Under the pieces are notes generated by a model. The model saw nothing but the letters and a program-made list of their open reading frames with translations. It was not told the DNA's origin and ran no database searches. This document shows, one piece after another, positions 10,066 through 20,621 of a stretch of DNA of 45,185 nt. Position 1 is the stretch's first letter; every line of letters begins with the position of its first letter. The position numbers and the translations under genes were made by a program. The stretch covers positions 1 through 45,185 of the IMG/VR virus record IMGVR_UViG_3300027933_000001; one strand, given 5' to 3'.

Positions 10066-11632
10066 TTAACGTCAGCTCTGTTCTACTGTTTGTAGAAATA
10101 TGGACAAACCCGAAGTCTTTCATTATTACGAATTTTGTGTCCCTACCACATACACATGCAGTAGCATTAAGTTCGTAAATTCCAGGAATAAGTGGTAAAT
10201 CCACACTTATATGCCCTGGTATAACAAAAGAATACCCAGTGTTTATTATCGGCGGAGACGAGTAATTGTATTTCAGAATTATTATGTAATCATAAATAAT
10301 GTATATTCCGTACCCGTGGGAATAGAATAAATTTGTAGTGTTAAGTGATTGCCAAAAGAAATCGTTCACAGTATCAACTGCGACATAGCATATGCTAGTA
10401 TTGAACTTTCCTAAACAGAACATTACCATGTAATTATTATGCTCAAATGAATAGTTACTATACACCAGTTCTGTATCCCCTATAACTAGAGGATAATTGT
10501 CAGGTAGATAAGTCCTCGGATAGAATTCTGGCATATTATTTTGCACTAATATTGTTGCGTTTCTTGGGATGATATTCACGACGTAGCATAGTTCTCTAAC
10601 GTTATTAGGTGTGAAGAACACTGCAGGGTAGTTAGCATATGGGTAAAATGGCGAAACGTATGAGAACATGAAGAATGAGAAGAATGTTAATAATATTATT
10701 GAAATACTAATTATTTCCTTTATCCTAAATTTAGATATAGCGTCTATGAACGCTATAAATACAGCATAAGTATACAATGAAGAATATTGGAATATGAAAA
10801 GCTTAGGAAAAACGAACCCAGCGGAGCACGTTATGAAAATAAGCACAGTATATGGAACCAAGTTTATTATAAAGTAACTTAATAACGGAACCATGCTGAA
10901 CGGAAGTAATAATATCGGTATTGTTAGGATTTTATCTATGAGAGGTATTCTGTAACTAGGCGTTGCGTCTAATTTGGCTTCTTTCTCTATTCCAGGGATT
11001 ATTGTAGGACAGACGTTTGACATGATATAACTTGCTACCAGGATTATTACAGATACTGCAAGCACGTATTTGTTAATTTTCACATTCTTTCTGAATACTA
11101 ACTCTACTGCAGAGTAGAAGACTATCAGTATAACGAAAGGAAATCTAACTAGGGATGCAAGAATTGAGAAGATTATGCTTAGTATCTTGTTATTCTTAAG
11201 TGTGAAGTAATACATAGAGAAGAAAAATAATGTAAACAGAGATTGAAAGTGGTAAGGGAAGAAATAATTGCCCCACAACGGTGCGTATAGCATAAATAGT
11301 GTGACAGTAAGTATCCTTAGTTTTTCATCCTTCAACTTAATTTTTGTTATATAATATAGTGGAATTATTGCAAGACCTACTGATAACGCTTGTAATAGTA
11401 TCAAACTGTTAACGTTAGTTGGTACAAAGAATAAGATGAATCTATCACCCTGGTAAAGAATAGTAGATATGAAGAACGTAAGACTGCCATGGCAGTTGTG
11501 GATATTATATAGTGTCTGTAATGCGTGACCCATATCCCAGACTGGGATATTAAGTGAATAATATTCGAAAAACATTATGACATATACTAACATAGAGTAA
11601 GAAATTGAAACGACAAAAATGCGGGTTTGCAT
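10052..11632 (-). CDS. Polytopic membrane protein, DUF2079/GT-C glycosyltransferase-like
   Basis: About 10 hydrophobic segments; WDMGHALQTLYN, LLQALSVGLAIIPLY, YHFQSLF; soluble C-terminal domain. Confidence 0.7.
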   Translation of the reverse strand: MQTRIFVVSISYSMLVYVIMFFEYYSLNIPVWDMGHALQTLYNIHNCHGSLTFFISTILYQGDRFILFFVPTNVNSLILLQALSVGLAIIPLYYITKIKLKDEKLRILTVTLFMLYAPLWGNYFFPYHFQSLFTLFFFSMYYFTLKNNKILSIIFSILASLVRFPFVILIVFYSAVELVFRKNVKINKYVLAVSVIILVASYIMSNVCPTIIPGIEKEAKLDATPSYRIPLIDKILTIPILLLPFSMVPLLSYFIINLVPYTVLIFITCSAGFVFPKLFIFQYSSLYTYAVFIAFIDAISKFRIKEIISISIILLTFFSFFMFSYVSPFYPYANYPAVFFTPNNVRELCYVVNIIPRNATILVQNNMPEFYPRTYLPDNYPLVIGDTELVYSNYSFEHNNYMVMFCLGKFNTSICYVAVDTVNDFFWQSLNTTNLFYSHGYGIYIIYDYIIILKYNYSSPPIINTGYSFVIPGHISVDLPLIPGIYELNATACVCGRDTKFVIMKDFGFVHISTNSRTELTLTFGG

Positions 11633-11643
11633 GAGAGCTTTAT

Positions 11644-11925
11644 TTGCTATATATATTTATTCTGATGTGTGCAATCAAACATATGAAAATCGGTAGATAT
11701 AAGGTAGAGTGCGACGATGAGTTCTGTTACATTACCAATCCAGACGGGAAAGTAACTACAATAGACAAGGACAATTTTAGCACATTCGCTAAAAACTTAG
11801 CAAGAACTATAGCATTAGAAAAAATACCAGTGAACGAAATAGAGAATTATGATAAGAGAAAATTAGATGAAATGACTAACCGCATCTATTCCCAAATGAT
11901 GAGATCAGTAATGTATAACACCTGA
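11644..11925 (+). CDS. Hypothetical protein (start probably at MKIGRY)
   Basis: ORF track. Confidence 0.65.
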   Translation: MLYIFILMCAIKHMKIGRYKVECDDEFCYITNPDGKVTTIDKDNFSTFAKNLARTIALEKIPVNEIENYDKRKLDEMTNRIYSQMMRSVMYNT

Positions 11926-11988
11926 AAACACAGATGTGTTTTCAAAAGTTTTTTCTCTACTTTTAATATCGTTCTTAACAATACACAT

Positions 11989-12807
11989 ATGCCACAACCA
12001 CCTCCTAACTCTACACCACCTCATGTTTCTACTGCACCACCCCCAACAATACACGTAAGCCCTACATCTGCGGTAACTAGCCTTTTTTCTTTCAATTTTT
12101 TGTCAATTATACTTATTGCAGTAGTAGTAGGATTCGCAATGATGTTACTGATTATTAAGCTGAAGTCTCGCCGTAATGTCCAGTTGTTTGATGTTAATGC
12201 AAGGAACGCCGACGCTATATTTCTAGTAGTTCAGAAAAAAACCAAAAAGGTAATTCTTGTACCCGCAAGGTATATAGCGACAGGTCTCTTCATAGGTAAC
12301 ACGAGTGATAATGACATTTATATTATAGCAGTAAAGCCTGACATAACTCCATTTTACATTCATGGTATAAACAAACCATTCTATTTTGCTGTTGGCGAGA
12401 CCACAGTATTCCTGACGATGAATTTGTATACATTGTCAGACCTAGCTACTGCTAGGATTTTCAGTGACAAAAGCTTCTCTGAGTTGGTAGCAGATATCCT
12501 TTCAGGGTCTACTCAGTATACTTCAAACTTTGTCGTAGGTCAATACAAGCTTGCTATAACTACAGACCTATCTAGCGTACTAGATGACTACCTCATATCA
12601 CTACAAACCAGCAGTGCAGAGAATATAATCCACTTACTTACAAGTGCTGGTAACGAAATAACTAATCTGCAGAAGATATCATTAGCAAAGCAGAAGTTAC
12701 AAACAGTATTAGCAACAAATAGGACTAAGTTAATTCTTGCACTAGCGTTAACTATCCCGATAATCCTAGCATTCGTATACATATTACTACACATAGTAGG
12801 GAAGTAA
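11989..12807 (+). CDS. Membrane protein with Pro-rich N-terminus
   Basis: N- and C-terminal TM helices. Confidence 0.8.
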   Translation: MPQPPPNSTPPHVSTAPPPTIHVSPTSAVTSLFSFNFLSIILIAVVVGFAMMLLIIKLKSRRNVQLFDVNARNADAIFLVVQKKTKKVILVPARYIATGLFIGNTSDNDIYIIAVKPDITPFYIHGINKPFYFAVGETTVFLTMNLYTLSDLATARIFSDKSFSELVADILSGSTQYTSNFVVGQYKLAITTDLSSVLDDYLISLQTSSAENIIHLLTSAGNEITNLQKISLAKQKLQTVLATNRTKLILALALTIPIILAFVYILLHIVGK

Positions 12808-12809
12808 AA

Positions 12810-14366
12810 ATGACTGAAGTTTGCCAAAAAATCTACACTACAAGAAAAATAAAACAAGGTGAGGAAGTAAATACTGTAGATAGTACAATACTTTATGCAA
12901 TACCAGACCCATGTATTTACAATGAATATATAACTAAAGTTGTGAAAATAATTAAACCATTAACGTATGAGGTTACGGAACTGCACGATAATGTAATAAT
13001 AAAGTTAAGTAATGGAGATTTTTACATATTTCCAAAAGAAATATACAATGTATTTAAAGAATTAGTAAATAAAAAGAAAGGTAACTCTAACATATTATTA
13101 TACGGTGCACCAGGCACTGGAAAGACGTCGTTCGCAGAGCTGTTGGCAAAGGTAAAAGGTTGGAAGCTACGTTATGTAGGTACTGAGATTTTATCAAAAT
13201 ATGTAGGAGAAACAGAAAATGAGCTGAGAAATATTTTCATCAAAGCTATTCGTAGTCAACCAATCATACTGTTCTTCGATGATGCGGAGTGGATAATAAC
13301 AAAAAGGGATCTTACGTCAGAAGATAAGAACCACACGCTTTATACAAATTTAATGAACTTAATGCTGAAATATCTAAACTTGTATAACGTTAAGAATTAT
13401 GATATAATAGTAATACTTGCAACAAACGTTAAAATAGACACGATAGACCCAGCATTAATTAGCAGAGTAAAGGAGAAGGTTTACTACACATTACCAGACC
13501 TAGAAGCAGTGTCTGCATATTTGAAAATAAAGGGAATTAGTAGTATCAGCATAAACGGTATAGAGTATAAGAGTGCAGACGATATAGCACGCTACTTCGT
13601 GAATAATGGTATGAGTTTTAGGGATATCTCACTTTTTGTACGTTCTCCAGAGACTTTTACAATAGTTAACAAGGATGTGGCAAGGCGTGTAGTGAGCATG
13701 AGAAACCAGGATATTAAGTCCCTACTTGAAATGAAGGATTCGTTAAGCGAAATAGTTACATGCGAGATGCCTATAAAGATCTTAATTACAACGAGATATC
13801 CGCTCACAGTAAAAGCCATAATCAGTTCAATCCTAGTTGACGTTTGTAATTATATAATATTCCAGCCTACAATAGATTCATCGATAAAGGAATTCTTATT
13901 CAATATTGAAATGTATAGAAAGTCTATAGTATTAGTCGAACAGCCTTTACTCGTTGATAATAGCAAACTGTCTGGTCTGGCAGAGATAATTTCCGATTAT
14001 CATAAGAACGTCATTATGTTCACGCAACAAAATTCAAATTTCGATAAAATAGCACAATCATATATGTACACGGTAGACGACCAGAAGATAGTATCATCAA
14101 TTAGGAAATATATGTCATCCTCACTACTTGACGAAAGGATAAAAAGAGCGAAAAACTTCATTAGAGCCGTATTGAATTTTTATGGCATAGATGTAAAAGA
14201 AATTATACTAAGAGGCGAAGTATCTAGTAAACAGACATTTGAGGACATTGCTGGGATAGAAGTGAGAATAGCTGACTCATACGACGATACTTCAATTTCA
14301 AAATTCCTATACGGTTTCGAAAACTTTCTAAAGAAACCCTCCTTTAAAAACCCAAATAAATATTAG
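12810..14366 (+). CDS. AAA+ ATPase (CDC48-like AAA domain; possibly ATV p529-like)
   Basis: Walker A GAPGTGKT, SKYVGETE pore loop, Walker B LFFDD, ATN and IDPALISR. Confidence 0.9.
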   Translation: MTEVCQKIYTTRKIKQGEEVNTVDSTILYAIPDPCIYNEYITKVVKIIKPLTYEVTELHDNVIIKLSNGDFYIFPKEIYNVFKELVNKKKGNSNILLYGAPGTGKTSFAELLAKVKGWKLRYVGTEILSKYVGETENELRNIFIKAIRSQPIILFFDDAEWIITKRDLTSEDKNHTLYTNLMNLMLKYLNLYNVKNYDIIVILATNVKIDTIDPALISRVKEKVYYTLPDLEAVSAYLKIKGISSISINGIEYKSADDIARYFVNNGMSFRDISLFVRSPETFTIVNKDVARRVVSMRNQDIKSLLEMKDSLSEIVTCEMPIKILITTRYPLTVKAIISSILVDVCNYIIFQPTIDSSIKEFLFNIEMYRKSIVLVEQPLLVDNSKLSGLAEIISDYHKNVIMFTQQNSNFDKIAQSYMYTVDDQKIVSSIRKYMSSSLLDERIKRAKNFIRAVLNFYGIDVKEIILRGEVSSKQTFEDIAGIEVRIADSYDDTSISKFLYGFENFLKKPSFKNPNKY

Positions 14367-14389
14367 GGTATTTTTTCCAATTAAAATAT

Positions 14390-15457
14390 ATGTATAATGT
14401 TCTTCTTAAAGTTTCATTACTAAACGATTTAAAAATATACGACCCTATCTTCAATTTATTTCCAAGAGATCAGCGTATAATGGAAGAACTAAAGGTAAGC
14501 ATAAAAAAAGATGGGTTAAGGGAACCTATAGTTGTAGACGCAGACAATTATATAATAGACGGAATGACGAGATACCTCGTACTAAAAGAGTTAGCTAAGG
14601 AGAGCGATGAATATTCTAAAGTCCTCACGCTTCAATATAGAGACTTAAAAATAACCAAGGATCCGCAAACTGCAAAGTTGTTAGCACTTGTTCTAAATGT
14701 AATAAGAAGACCGATGAAACTCGAGGAGCTCGTTAATTATATTGAGGAGATATATAAGATCAGAGAATCAACTAATCAAACAGCGAGGATAGATAATGAT
14801 ATAGATAAGAAGATAGAGGAAACACTTCAAAACATTACAAAAAAGAAGATACCTATCGATGACGTTAAATATATGGTGTTATGGGTAAAATCACATTACC
14901 CGCATATTTATAATTATACAAAAAAGAAAGGAATAGTATTTAATAAGAAGGAAATAGAGAAATTATTGAGTTTAACTAAGAATTTTGCTAATGATTTCAC
15001 TGATGAAGATTTAGATTTAATTTTCTCAAATATCCGCAAGGTTATTACAGATTATTATGCTGAACTTAAAGATGCTAAGGATGCTAGGGAATTTATGTCA
15101 AAACTTAGCGAATTATTAGAAAGAGAAAAAGCTAGAAAAACGGAGAAATTGAGTGCGAAGATAGAAAAGAAAAGGAGTGATTACCGTAGGGACGACCATA
15201 AGGAAAACGATAATAAGAAAGAAGAAATTAGGATAGAGAAAAATAGTAAAGCAGACCAACAGCAACATATTAGCAAGGAAGAACTTTGTAAATATATTGA
15301 CTTAGCATCTTTTAGAAAATTTATAGATAAAATTGAGGAGAAAGTTAAGAAGAATGAGGAAGTTGAGATAGATAGGGATCTTTTCTATTCTATCAAAACG
15401 ATACTTGAAAATGAGTTATCTGACGGAACCGCCTTTAAATACTTCAAGGTGGTTTGA
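14390..15457 (+). CDS. ParB/Srx N-terminal domain protein
   Basis: LKVSIKKDGLREPIVV..IIDGMTRY..NVIRR. Confidence 0.85.
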   Translation: MYNVLLKVSLLNDLKIYDPIFNLFPRDQRIMEELKVSIKKDGLREPIVVDADNYIIDGMTRYLVLKELAKESDEYSKVLTLQYRDLKITKDPQTAKLLALVLNVIRRPMKLEELVNYIEEIYKIRESTNQTARIDNDIDKKIEETLQNITKKKIPIDDVKYMVLWVKSHYPHIYNYTKKKGIVFNKKEIEKLLSLTKNFANDFTDEDLDLIFSNIRKVITDYYAELKDAKDAREFMSKLSELLEREKARKTEKLSAKIEKKRSDYRRDDHKENDNKKEEIRIEKNSKADQQQHISKEELCKYIDLASFRKFIDKIEEKVKKNEEVEIDRDLFYSIKTILENELSDGTAFKYFKVV

Positions 15458-15700
15458 ATGTCTCCGTTCACTGTATTTGTTTTAGTATTTGCGATGGCTT
15501 TTGCAACAATTATTATATTTGACGTGATTTATTTTTTACAATTACAATACGCCCACACCATAACCATTGTAAACGGACAGCAGTACGCTAACGATTACTT
15601 CGCAACGCTATCCAGATTCGTAATATATCTCAATGTGTTCGCAATAATAGGTTTTATTCTGTCTATAGTTATATTAATAATGTACTATAAGTCACGTTGA
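15458..15700 (+). CDS. Small two-TM protein
   Basis: Two hydrophobic helices. Confidence 0.75.
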   Translation: MSPFTVFVLVFAMAFATIIIFDVIYFLQLQYAHTITIVNGQQYANDYFATLSRFVIYLNVFAIIGFILSIVILIMYYKSR

Positions 15701-16461
15701 ACGACTAATGGCTTCACATTGAATGTAAATTTTGCAAGGATGTAAGATTTTTTATACAATTTTGTTCTGTTTAGGTGTGAATTCATCGGTAATAATGCTA
15801 AAAATGCATATGCTAGGTGTTTCATATCGCTTAACATATGTTCGTCTGCAGGTAAACCGTCAAGTGGGCATACTCCACTATTATGCTCTGTAAAGTAGTG
15901 TAATTGCAATTCTGATAAGGTTTGTGATTTATACCCGCATACAGGGCATTCGTATTCGTGAGAACCATAGATGTAATGTGTAAGGTTAACGCTTCTTAGT
16001 AAATGTATCTTATCCGCTTTACCCCACACTACAATACGTCTAGACGCAGTACTAGTTACATATAGATCTTCATCCCCAATAAGGTTCCTCAGGATATATT
16101 CAAGAATATCTCGTTCTATGCCAGCGACGTTAACACTTAGTATTAACCTAGTGTACGTTGAATCCAATTTCATTAACTTAATTATTACATGTAATTTTCT
16201 AGAAATAGTGTTTTCTTTCATTGACAAATCTAGCTTAGCGTTTTTCTCTATTTCATTATCAAGCCTTAATATTCTAGGTATGTACGGCTTGTCTATCTCG
16301 CTTAGGACTCTTATGAAATCTCTATATTTCGGTATATGTATACTAATAACGTTATTCTTACCGTCAAATTTGACGTTAGGATATACGCCAATCGAAGAAA
16401 AGAAGAGGTAAGCTTTCAGTTCATCTATTTCGTCGACATCATGCATTGTAATTACGATCAT
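15685..16461 (-). CDS. C2H2 zinc-finger-containing protein
   Basis: CPVCGYKSQTLSELQLHYFTEH. Confidence 0.8.
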   Translation of the reverse strand: MIVITMHDVDEIDELKAYLFFSSIGVYPNVKFDGKNNVISIHIPKYRDFIRVLSEIDKPYIPRILRLDNEIEKNAKLDLSMKENTISRKLHVIIKLMKLDSTYTRLILSVNVAGIERDILEYILRNLIGDEDLYVTSTASRRIVVWGKADKIHLLRSVNLTHYIYGSHEYECPVCGYKSQTLSELQLHYFTEHNSGVCPLDGLPADEHMLSDMKHLAYAFLALLPMNSHLNRTKLYKKSYILAKFTFNVKPLVVQRDL

Positions 16462-16466
16462 ATGTT

Positions 16467-17063
16467 TTACTTGAAATGCGTTTTAATAAACAGTAGTATC
16501 TGCATTAATTTCTCTGCAATTGTATATTTACCCTCAGTATAGTCATTGAAATGTAGCACGTCAGTTATATTATTCTCGTTTATTCCAGTTAGTTTCGTAA
16601 CCTCCTCATATATCATGCTGTCCTTTATTCTTATTAGTAAGGCTTTTGTTTCAATTACTGCTAACTCGAATTGCTTGATCGAGTCCCTTACGTTCTTAGT
16701 TGTGAACGCTTCTTCAACTCTCTTCATTATTCTGTCAGACTCATTGATCACACTATCTATATTATATGTGCTTATATCCCCCTCAATTCCATCGATTATG
16801 CTACTATCTACAGAAGACAAAGAGTTCATTTTTCTTGCAAGATTTATACAAAACGATTTAATTACCTTGGATTGTTGTTGTTTTGTACTAGCAAGCATCA
16901 ACTCTTTCTTTGTATTGTTAAGTATAGTGTCAACCCCAGGTATTGGTGAGGATAAAATAATCAGCTTATAGAACGATTGAACAGGATGAAGGTCTATTTC
17001 ATTTGAGAGGCATACGTCAACAATTTTAGAGAAAAGCTCTTCCAATTGCGTGTAATTCTGCAT
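16467..17063 (-). CDS. Hypothetical protein
   Basis: 198-aa ORF. Confidence 0.75.
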   Translation of the reverse strand: MQNYTQLEELFSKIVDVCLSNEIDLHPVQSFYKLIILSSPIPGVDTILNNTKKELMLASTKQQQSKVIKSFCINLARKMNSLSSVDSSIIDGIEGDISTYNIDSVINESDRIMKRVEEAFTTKNVRDSIKQFELAVIETKALLIRIKDSMIYEEVTKLTGINENNITDVLHFNDYTEGKYTIAEKLMQILLFIKTHFK

Positions 17064-17089
17064 AACTGATTTTTAGATATCTAGAATAA

Positions 17090-17584
17090 ATGCAGTTGAT
17101 GGGTATAATAGTTATCAATAATAAGGAAAAATTAAGAGAGTTTGTTCCTCCTTTAGACGCTGAAATTCTTACAATCAAGTGTAATTTTGAGAATGAAATA
17201 ATGAAGAACATCTGTTACTCTCATGTATCAACCAGGATGGTGATGCAAGGATATACGACCTTTAGAATCGCAGAGGGGATATTAGGAGATAGTAGTGAGT
17301 TTGAAATTTACCCTAATATCTACCCTTTACCAGTTACGCTATACGGAAAAGGGAACATAATAAAGTGCGAACTAGGTGGAGATAAGGAAATAAGTGAATA
17401 TATTAATAAATTAAAAACCGATGGCATCCTGATACTACACGGGAAAGGGAACTGCATATGTAATGCTGTGCTGAGCTATTATTTTTCAAGCAGTAACGAT
17501 ATCGTTATTATGACAGACATTGTAGATAATAAGATCATGGGTGTCTTATCAAAAAGTCTTAAAAAAGTAATTATTTTTTATTAG
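17090..17584 (+). CDS. Hypothetical protein
   Basis: 164-aa ORF. Confidence 0.7.
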   Translation: MQLMGIIVINNKEKLREFVPPLDAEILTIKCNFENEIMKNICYSHVSTRMVMQGYTTFRIAEGILGDSSEFEIYPNIYPLPVTLYGKGNIIKCELGGDKEISEYINKLKTDGILILHGKGNCICNAVLSYYFSSSNDIVIMTDIVDNKIMGVLSKSLKKVIIFY

Positions 17585-17623
17585 TCTACCGAATTTGCCC
17601 GAACGTTCGTGCAATTTTGTACA

Positions 17624-18205
17624 TTAACTAAAGAATATCTGATCCTGTTTTGAATGTGTATATAAAGATCTTAGAGATATAAATATTGTATAATTACGCA
17701 AAGTTGTTATGTCCGTTTTACTGAATAGTAATAATTTTGTTTTAAGCCTCTCTTCTCCGTTCTCATCATTCACATATTTCTTATAGTCAAATCCTTCAGA
17801 AATATTATAATTCTCATCAATAGTGCATAAATATCTCTCGCCACACATTAATAGAAGCTTCCTTATCGTATTAACAGATAAATCCTTATTTTTCTTTTGA
17901 GTTTTAATAGAATAATTTATTGCTTTTTTTGTCAATCTTGTAGTATAATAGAAGAATACAGTATTATGAGTTGTGTTATTATAGAGTAATATGAACATTT
18001 TTAGGACGTCTAGGTCGTCAATAAACGCTTTATTAAAACTGAAGTTTTTCCTCTGCTTCCCAAATACTATAAACCCAAAACCGAATTTACTCCTTACAAA
18101 CGACGTAGCATTCCACGTTATTTTTTTATCTAAAAGGAACGTATGAGCGACATACTTTACATACGGGGAATAGTCTATGTTGTTCTTTTTCCTTAGGAAC
18201 AACAT
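17624..18205 (-). CDS. Hypothetical protein
   Basis: 193-aa ORF. Confidence 0.7.
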   Translation of the reverse strand: MLFLRKKNNIDYSPYVKYVAHTFLLDKKITWNATSFVRSKFGFGFIVFGKQRKNFSFNKAFIDDLDVLKMFILLYNNTTHNTVFFYYTTRLTKKAINYSIKTQKKNKDLSVNTIRKLLLMCGERYLCTIDENYNISEGFDYKKYVNDENGEERLKTKLLLFSKTDITTLRNYTIFISLRSLYTHSKQDQIFFS

Positions 18206-18215
18206 TTTCTCATCC

Positions 18216-18683
18216 TCACAGGTCTAATTTACTGAACTCTAATTCCGACATGTTTACTCTGTCTGTTTGCTTTACGGTGTTATGCACTTCAGTACATGGT
18301 ACAAGGTTAACTGTAATAGATAGTGACCCGCACACCTCTAAGCAGTACTCGTAATTTTTGCCATTATCTACCGCTAAAATTTTGAAAGTACCACATTTTT
18401 TAGTGTTTTTATCTTCTGAACCAATAAATATTATATCCTTTATCTCTCCAGTACCTGGTACAAGTCTTAAGTTTGAAGGAAGAAACAGGCTAAGTAACAC
18501 ATATTTTATATAATTTCTCCCCTCTTTAGTTTCAATTTTTTCAAAAATTTTATTTAACACTTCTACTCCGCTCGCATTCATTACCATTTCATTCTTTAGA
18601 AATAATTTTTTCAATATCGGAACAATTTTGTCGTTATCGTCACTAACACGTTTTTTGTTGCTTCCAGGCGTGCCTCCAGGCAT
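18216..18683 (-). CDS. Hypothetical protein
   Basis: 155-aa ORF. Confidence 0.7.
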   Translation of the reverse strand: MPGGTPGSNKKRVSDDNDKIVPILKKLFLKNEMVMNASGVEVLNKIFEKIETKEGRNYIKYVLLSLFLPSNLRLVPGTGEIKDIIFIGSEDKNTKKCGTFKILAVDNGKNYEYCLEVCGSLSITVNLVPCTEVHNTVKQTDRVNMSELEFSKLDL

Positions 18684-18715
18684 ATGCTTAATAATACATT
18701 TTATATAATAAGTAG

Positions 18716-19048
18716 TTAAGAACCAGGTTTTCTTATTGCTGTTACATATAAATACAGAAATATTGCAAATAACCCAAGTACTATTATTGTAAGTACTATT
18801 ATAATTTCATTAAGACCTGCTGATGCAATTGAACCATATCCCTGTCTATATTGGGTTGCAAAAGACGACACAACCGAATTATTGAAATTAACATCCTTAT
18901 CAGCAGAAGCATTAAGGACATAATGACACTGAACAGATTGTAAAAATGGCACGATAAGGAAATAGATGAAGATTATGGTAGAAATAATTATGCCTATAAA
19001 TATAATAAACCAAAAATATAATGAAAAAGGATTGGAAGAATTACTCAT
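18716..19048 (-). CDS. Two-TM hairpin protein
   Basis: Two hydrophobic helices flanking a sequon-bearing loop. Confidence 0.75.
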   Translation of the reverse strand: MSNSSNPFSLYFWFIIFIGIIISTIIFIYFLIVPFLQSVQCHYVLNASADKDVNFNNSVVSSFATQYRQGYGSIASAGLNEIIIVLTIIVLGLFAIFLYLYVTAIRKPGS

Positions 19049-19055
19049 TTTATCT

Positions 19056-19598
19056 TCACTTTGCTTCGATATGATCTATCCCAAGTACAGTGTGTTTATA
19101 CAATTGTGATGTAATCTCTAACGGTAGATTTATTCCTATTATACCCATTATCTCGTTTATTGTCATATGAATAGATATTAAAATTGCAATAGTTATTTTT
19201 TTCATCTTCTCCATATACATCAAAACATCACTAACGTTCTTCTCTCTAATCGCTTTCCTAATGTTTGCTTGATAATAGGTCATTATTGATGAGTTTAGTG
19301 CCATATAATTATTCACAGCCGACGTGAGAAGTCTTTTGAACGCCTCATCTATACTGCTCGGTGTGACGGAATATTTTATATCGTATTGTTTAAATTGATC
19401 TGTAATGGTTTTCATAATGTATTTTGCAAGATTTACTACATCTTCCGATGTAGTCCTTATATCTGTATCGTAAATATCTGGAGGCAGATTGTCTTGGTTT
19501 GCGTTATTATACAGTTGTTGGGTCTGCACTGGATCGATTGTAATAAGCTTGAATATTTCGTCCGCAGTTTTCTCATCTTTTTCTTCGTCCTTTGCCAT
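19056..19598 (-). CDS. Hypothetical protein (start revised to MAKDEEK)
   Basis: Revised start removes overlap with the divergent gene at 19639; TATA-like sequence lies between them. Confidence 0.7.
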   Translation of the reverse strand: MAKDEEKDEKTADEIFKLITIDPVQTQQLYNNANQDNLPPDIYDTDIRTTSEDVVNLAKYIMKTITDQFKQYDIKYSVTPSSIDEAFKRLLTSAVNNYMALNSSIMTYYQANIRKAIREKNVSDVLMYMEKMKKITIAILISIHMTINEIMGIIGINLPLEITSQLYKHTVLGIDHIEAK

Positions 19599-19638
19599 GA
19601 GATATAGATTAAAATACCACATTATAAATGTACTATGT

Positions 19639-19986
19639 ATGTCAGCACCATATAGCACTACGACGATTATATTTATACTAATCTTAGCGGGACTTATTAT
19701 AGTACCTTTAGCAATGTTCTTCAGTTTTTCTATATCTACTTCCATTAATACATTAAACAATGTAACAACGCTTATAGCAAAGGACGACAACCAGAGTATT
19801 AACGTTGTATCCAACGGAAACATAAGTATATATTACATTAACGGTTCATATAATCCACCTCAATACCTCGCTGGTTCGTTCTACGTTTATATTGCATGTA
19901 TCTTTAGAAACCCTATAACGCTTGGTGTCCTAATAGGTATATCTATTGTGCTGTCTGCATTATTCTTGAATAAGAAAAACCCCTAA
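19639..19986 (+). CDS. Two-TM membrane protein (start revised to MSAPY)
   Basis: Two hydrophobic helices, several N-x-S/T sequons. Confidence 0.65.
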   Translation: MSAPYSTTTIIFILILAGLIIVPLAMFFSFSISTSINTLNNVTTLIAKDDNQSINVVSNGNISIYYINGSYNPPQYLAGSFYVYIACIFRNPITLGVLIGISIVLSALFLNKKNP

Positions 19987-20013
19987 TCGCCCGCACTTTT
20001 GCAGAACTTTGAC

Positions 20014-20058
20014 AAAATGAACGGCAAGCCTCACCCTTTAGGGCGTGGAGGAGGTCAG
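20014..20058 (+). mobile_element. 45-bp fused left/right-end IS605 mini-element
   Basis: TGAC|AAAATGAACGGCAAGCCTCACCCTTTAGGGCGTGGAGGAGGTCAG. Confidence 0.7.
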
Positions 20059-20161
20059 GAGGAGGAAGTCAGTGGAATGTGAAATCACAGTGGTGCGGAA
20101 AGATGAATTAAGCAAAGCGATATCCTTAAAAACTGTCAAACAAAGCATATCAAGACCTAAA

Positions 20162-20560
20162 ATGGCAAAATACGAGGCAACAAAAGGTGACTATGCAGGC
20201 GGAGTATTAGCAATATTAACACAATACTTCAACAATATGTTTGGTTATCCTGAAATAAGCTTAAAGCTAGCTGGAGAAGAAGCGAATATGAGTAAAGAAG
20301 GAATGATAAGACAGAAACAGATTGTACATGAAATGGTAGAAACTATAAGGAGAGCCTCAGAGCCAATAAGGCAGGGCAGAGGATTCCATGATGCTTACGT
20401 CTATTTCAGTGCAGTACCAGATAACGCACCACCAAACAGTATCGCACTCCCACCACAAGCACAAAATGAAGTTAAAGCTAAATTAACGGCATTAATGCAA
20501 AAGCTAGCAATGAGAAACCCACAAGGTGTAGCAATCGAAGAGCAAGAATTAGCATCATGA
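20162..20560 (+). CDS. Bicaudavirus abundant structural protein (ATV p131 / ATSV D135 four-helix-bundle family)
   Basis: [29 protein letters not shown] signature recognised from memory; true start 20162 (132 aa); T-rich terminator after stop. Confidence 0.88.
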   Translation: MAKYEATKGDYAGGVLAILTQYFNNMFGYPEISLKLAGEEANMSKEGMIRQKQIVHEMVETIRRASEPIRQGRGFHDAYVYFSAVPDNAPPNSIALPPQAQNEVKAKLTALMQKLAMRNPQGVAIEEQELAS

Positions 20561-20621
20561 TAAATTTAAGCTATATTTTTTCCTCCAACATCTTTATTTC
20601 CTCTATTTCTCTCATTAGCTT

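Noticed and set aside
5785-19598. Possible paralogy between ORFs 5785-6195 and 19056-19598
   Set aside because: Only vague helical similarity by eye
19489-19823. Apparent long antisense overlap of two ORFs
   Set aside because: Disappears with internal starts at 19598 (minus) and 19639 (plus)
20045-20161. N-terminal 39-aa extension of the structural protein
   Set aside because: Derives from the IS remnant and promoter; the family starts at MAKYE
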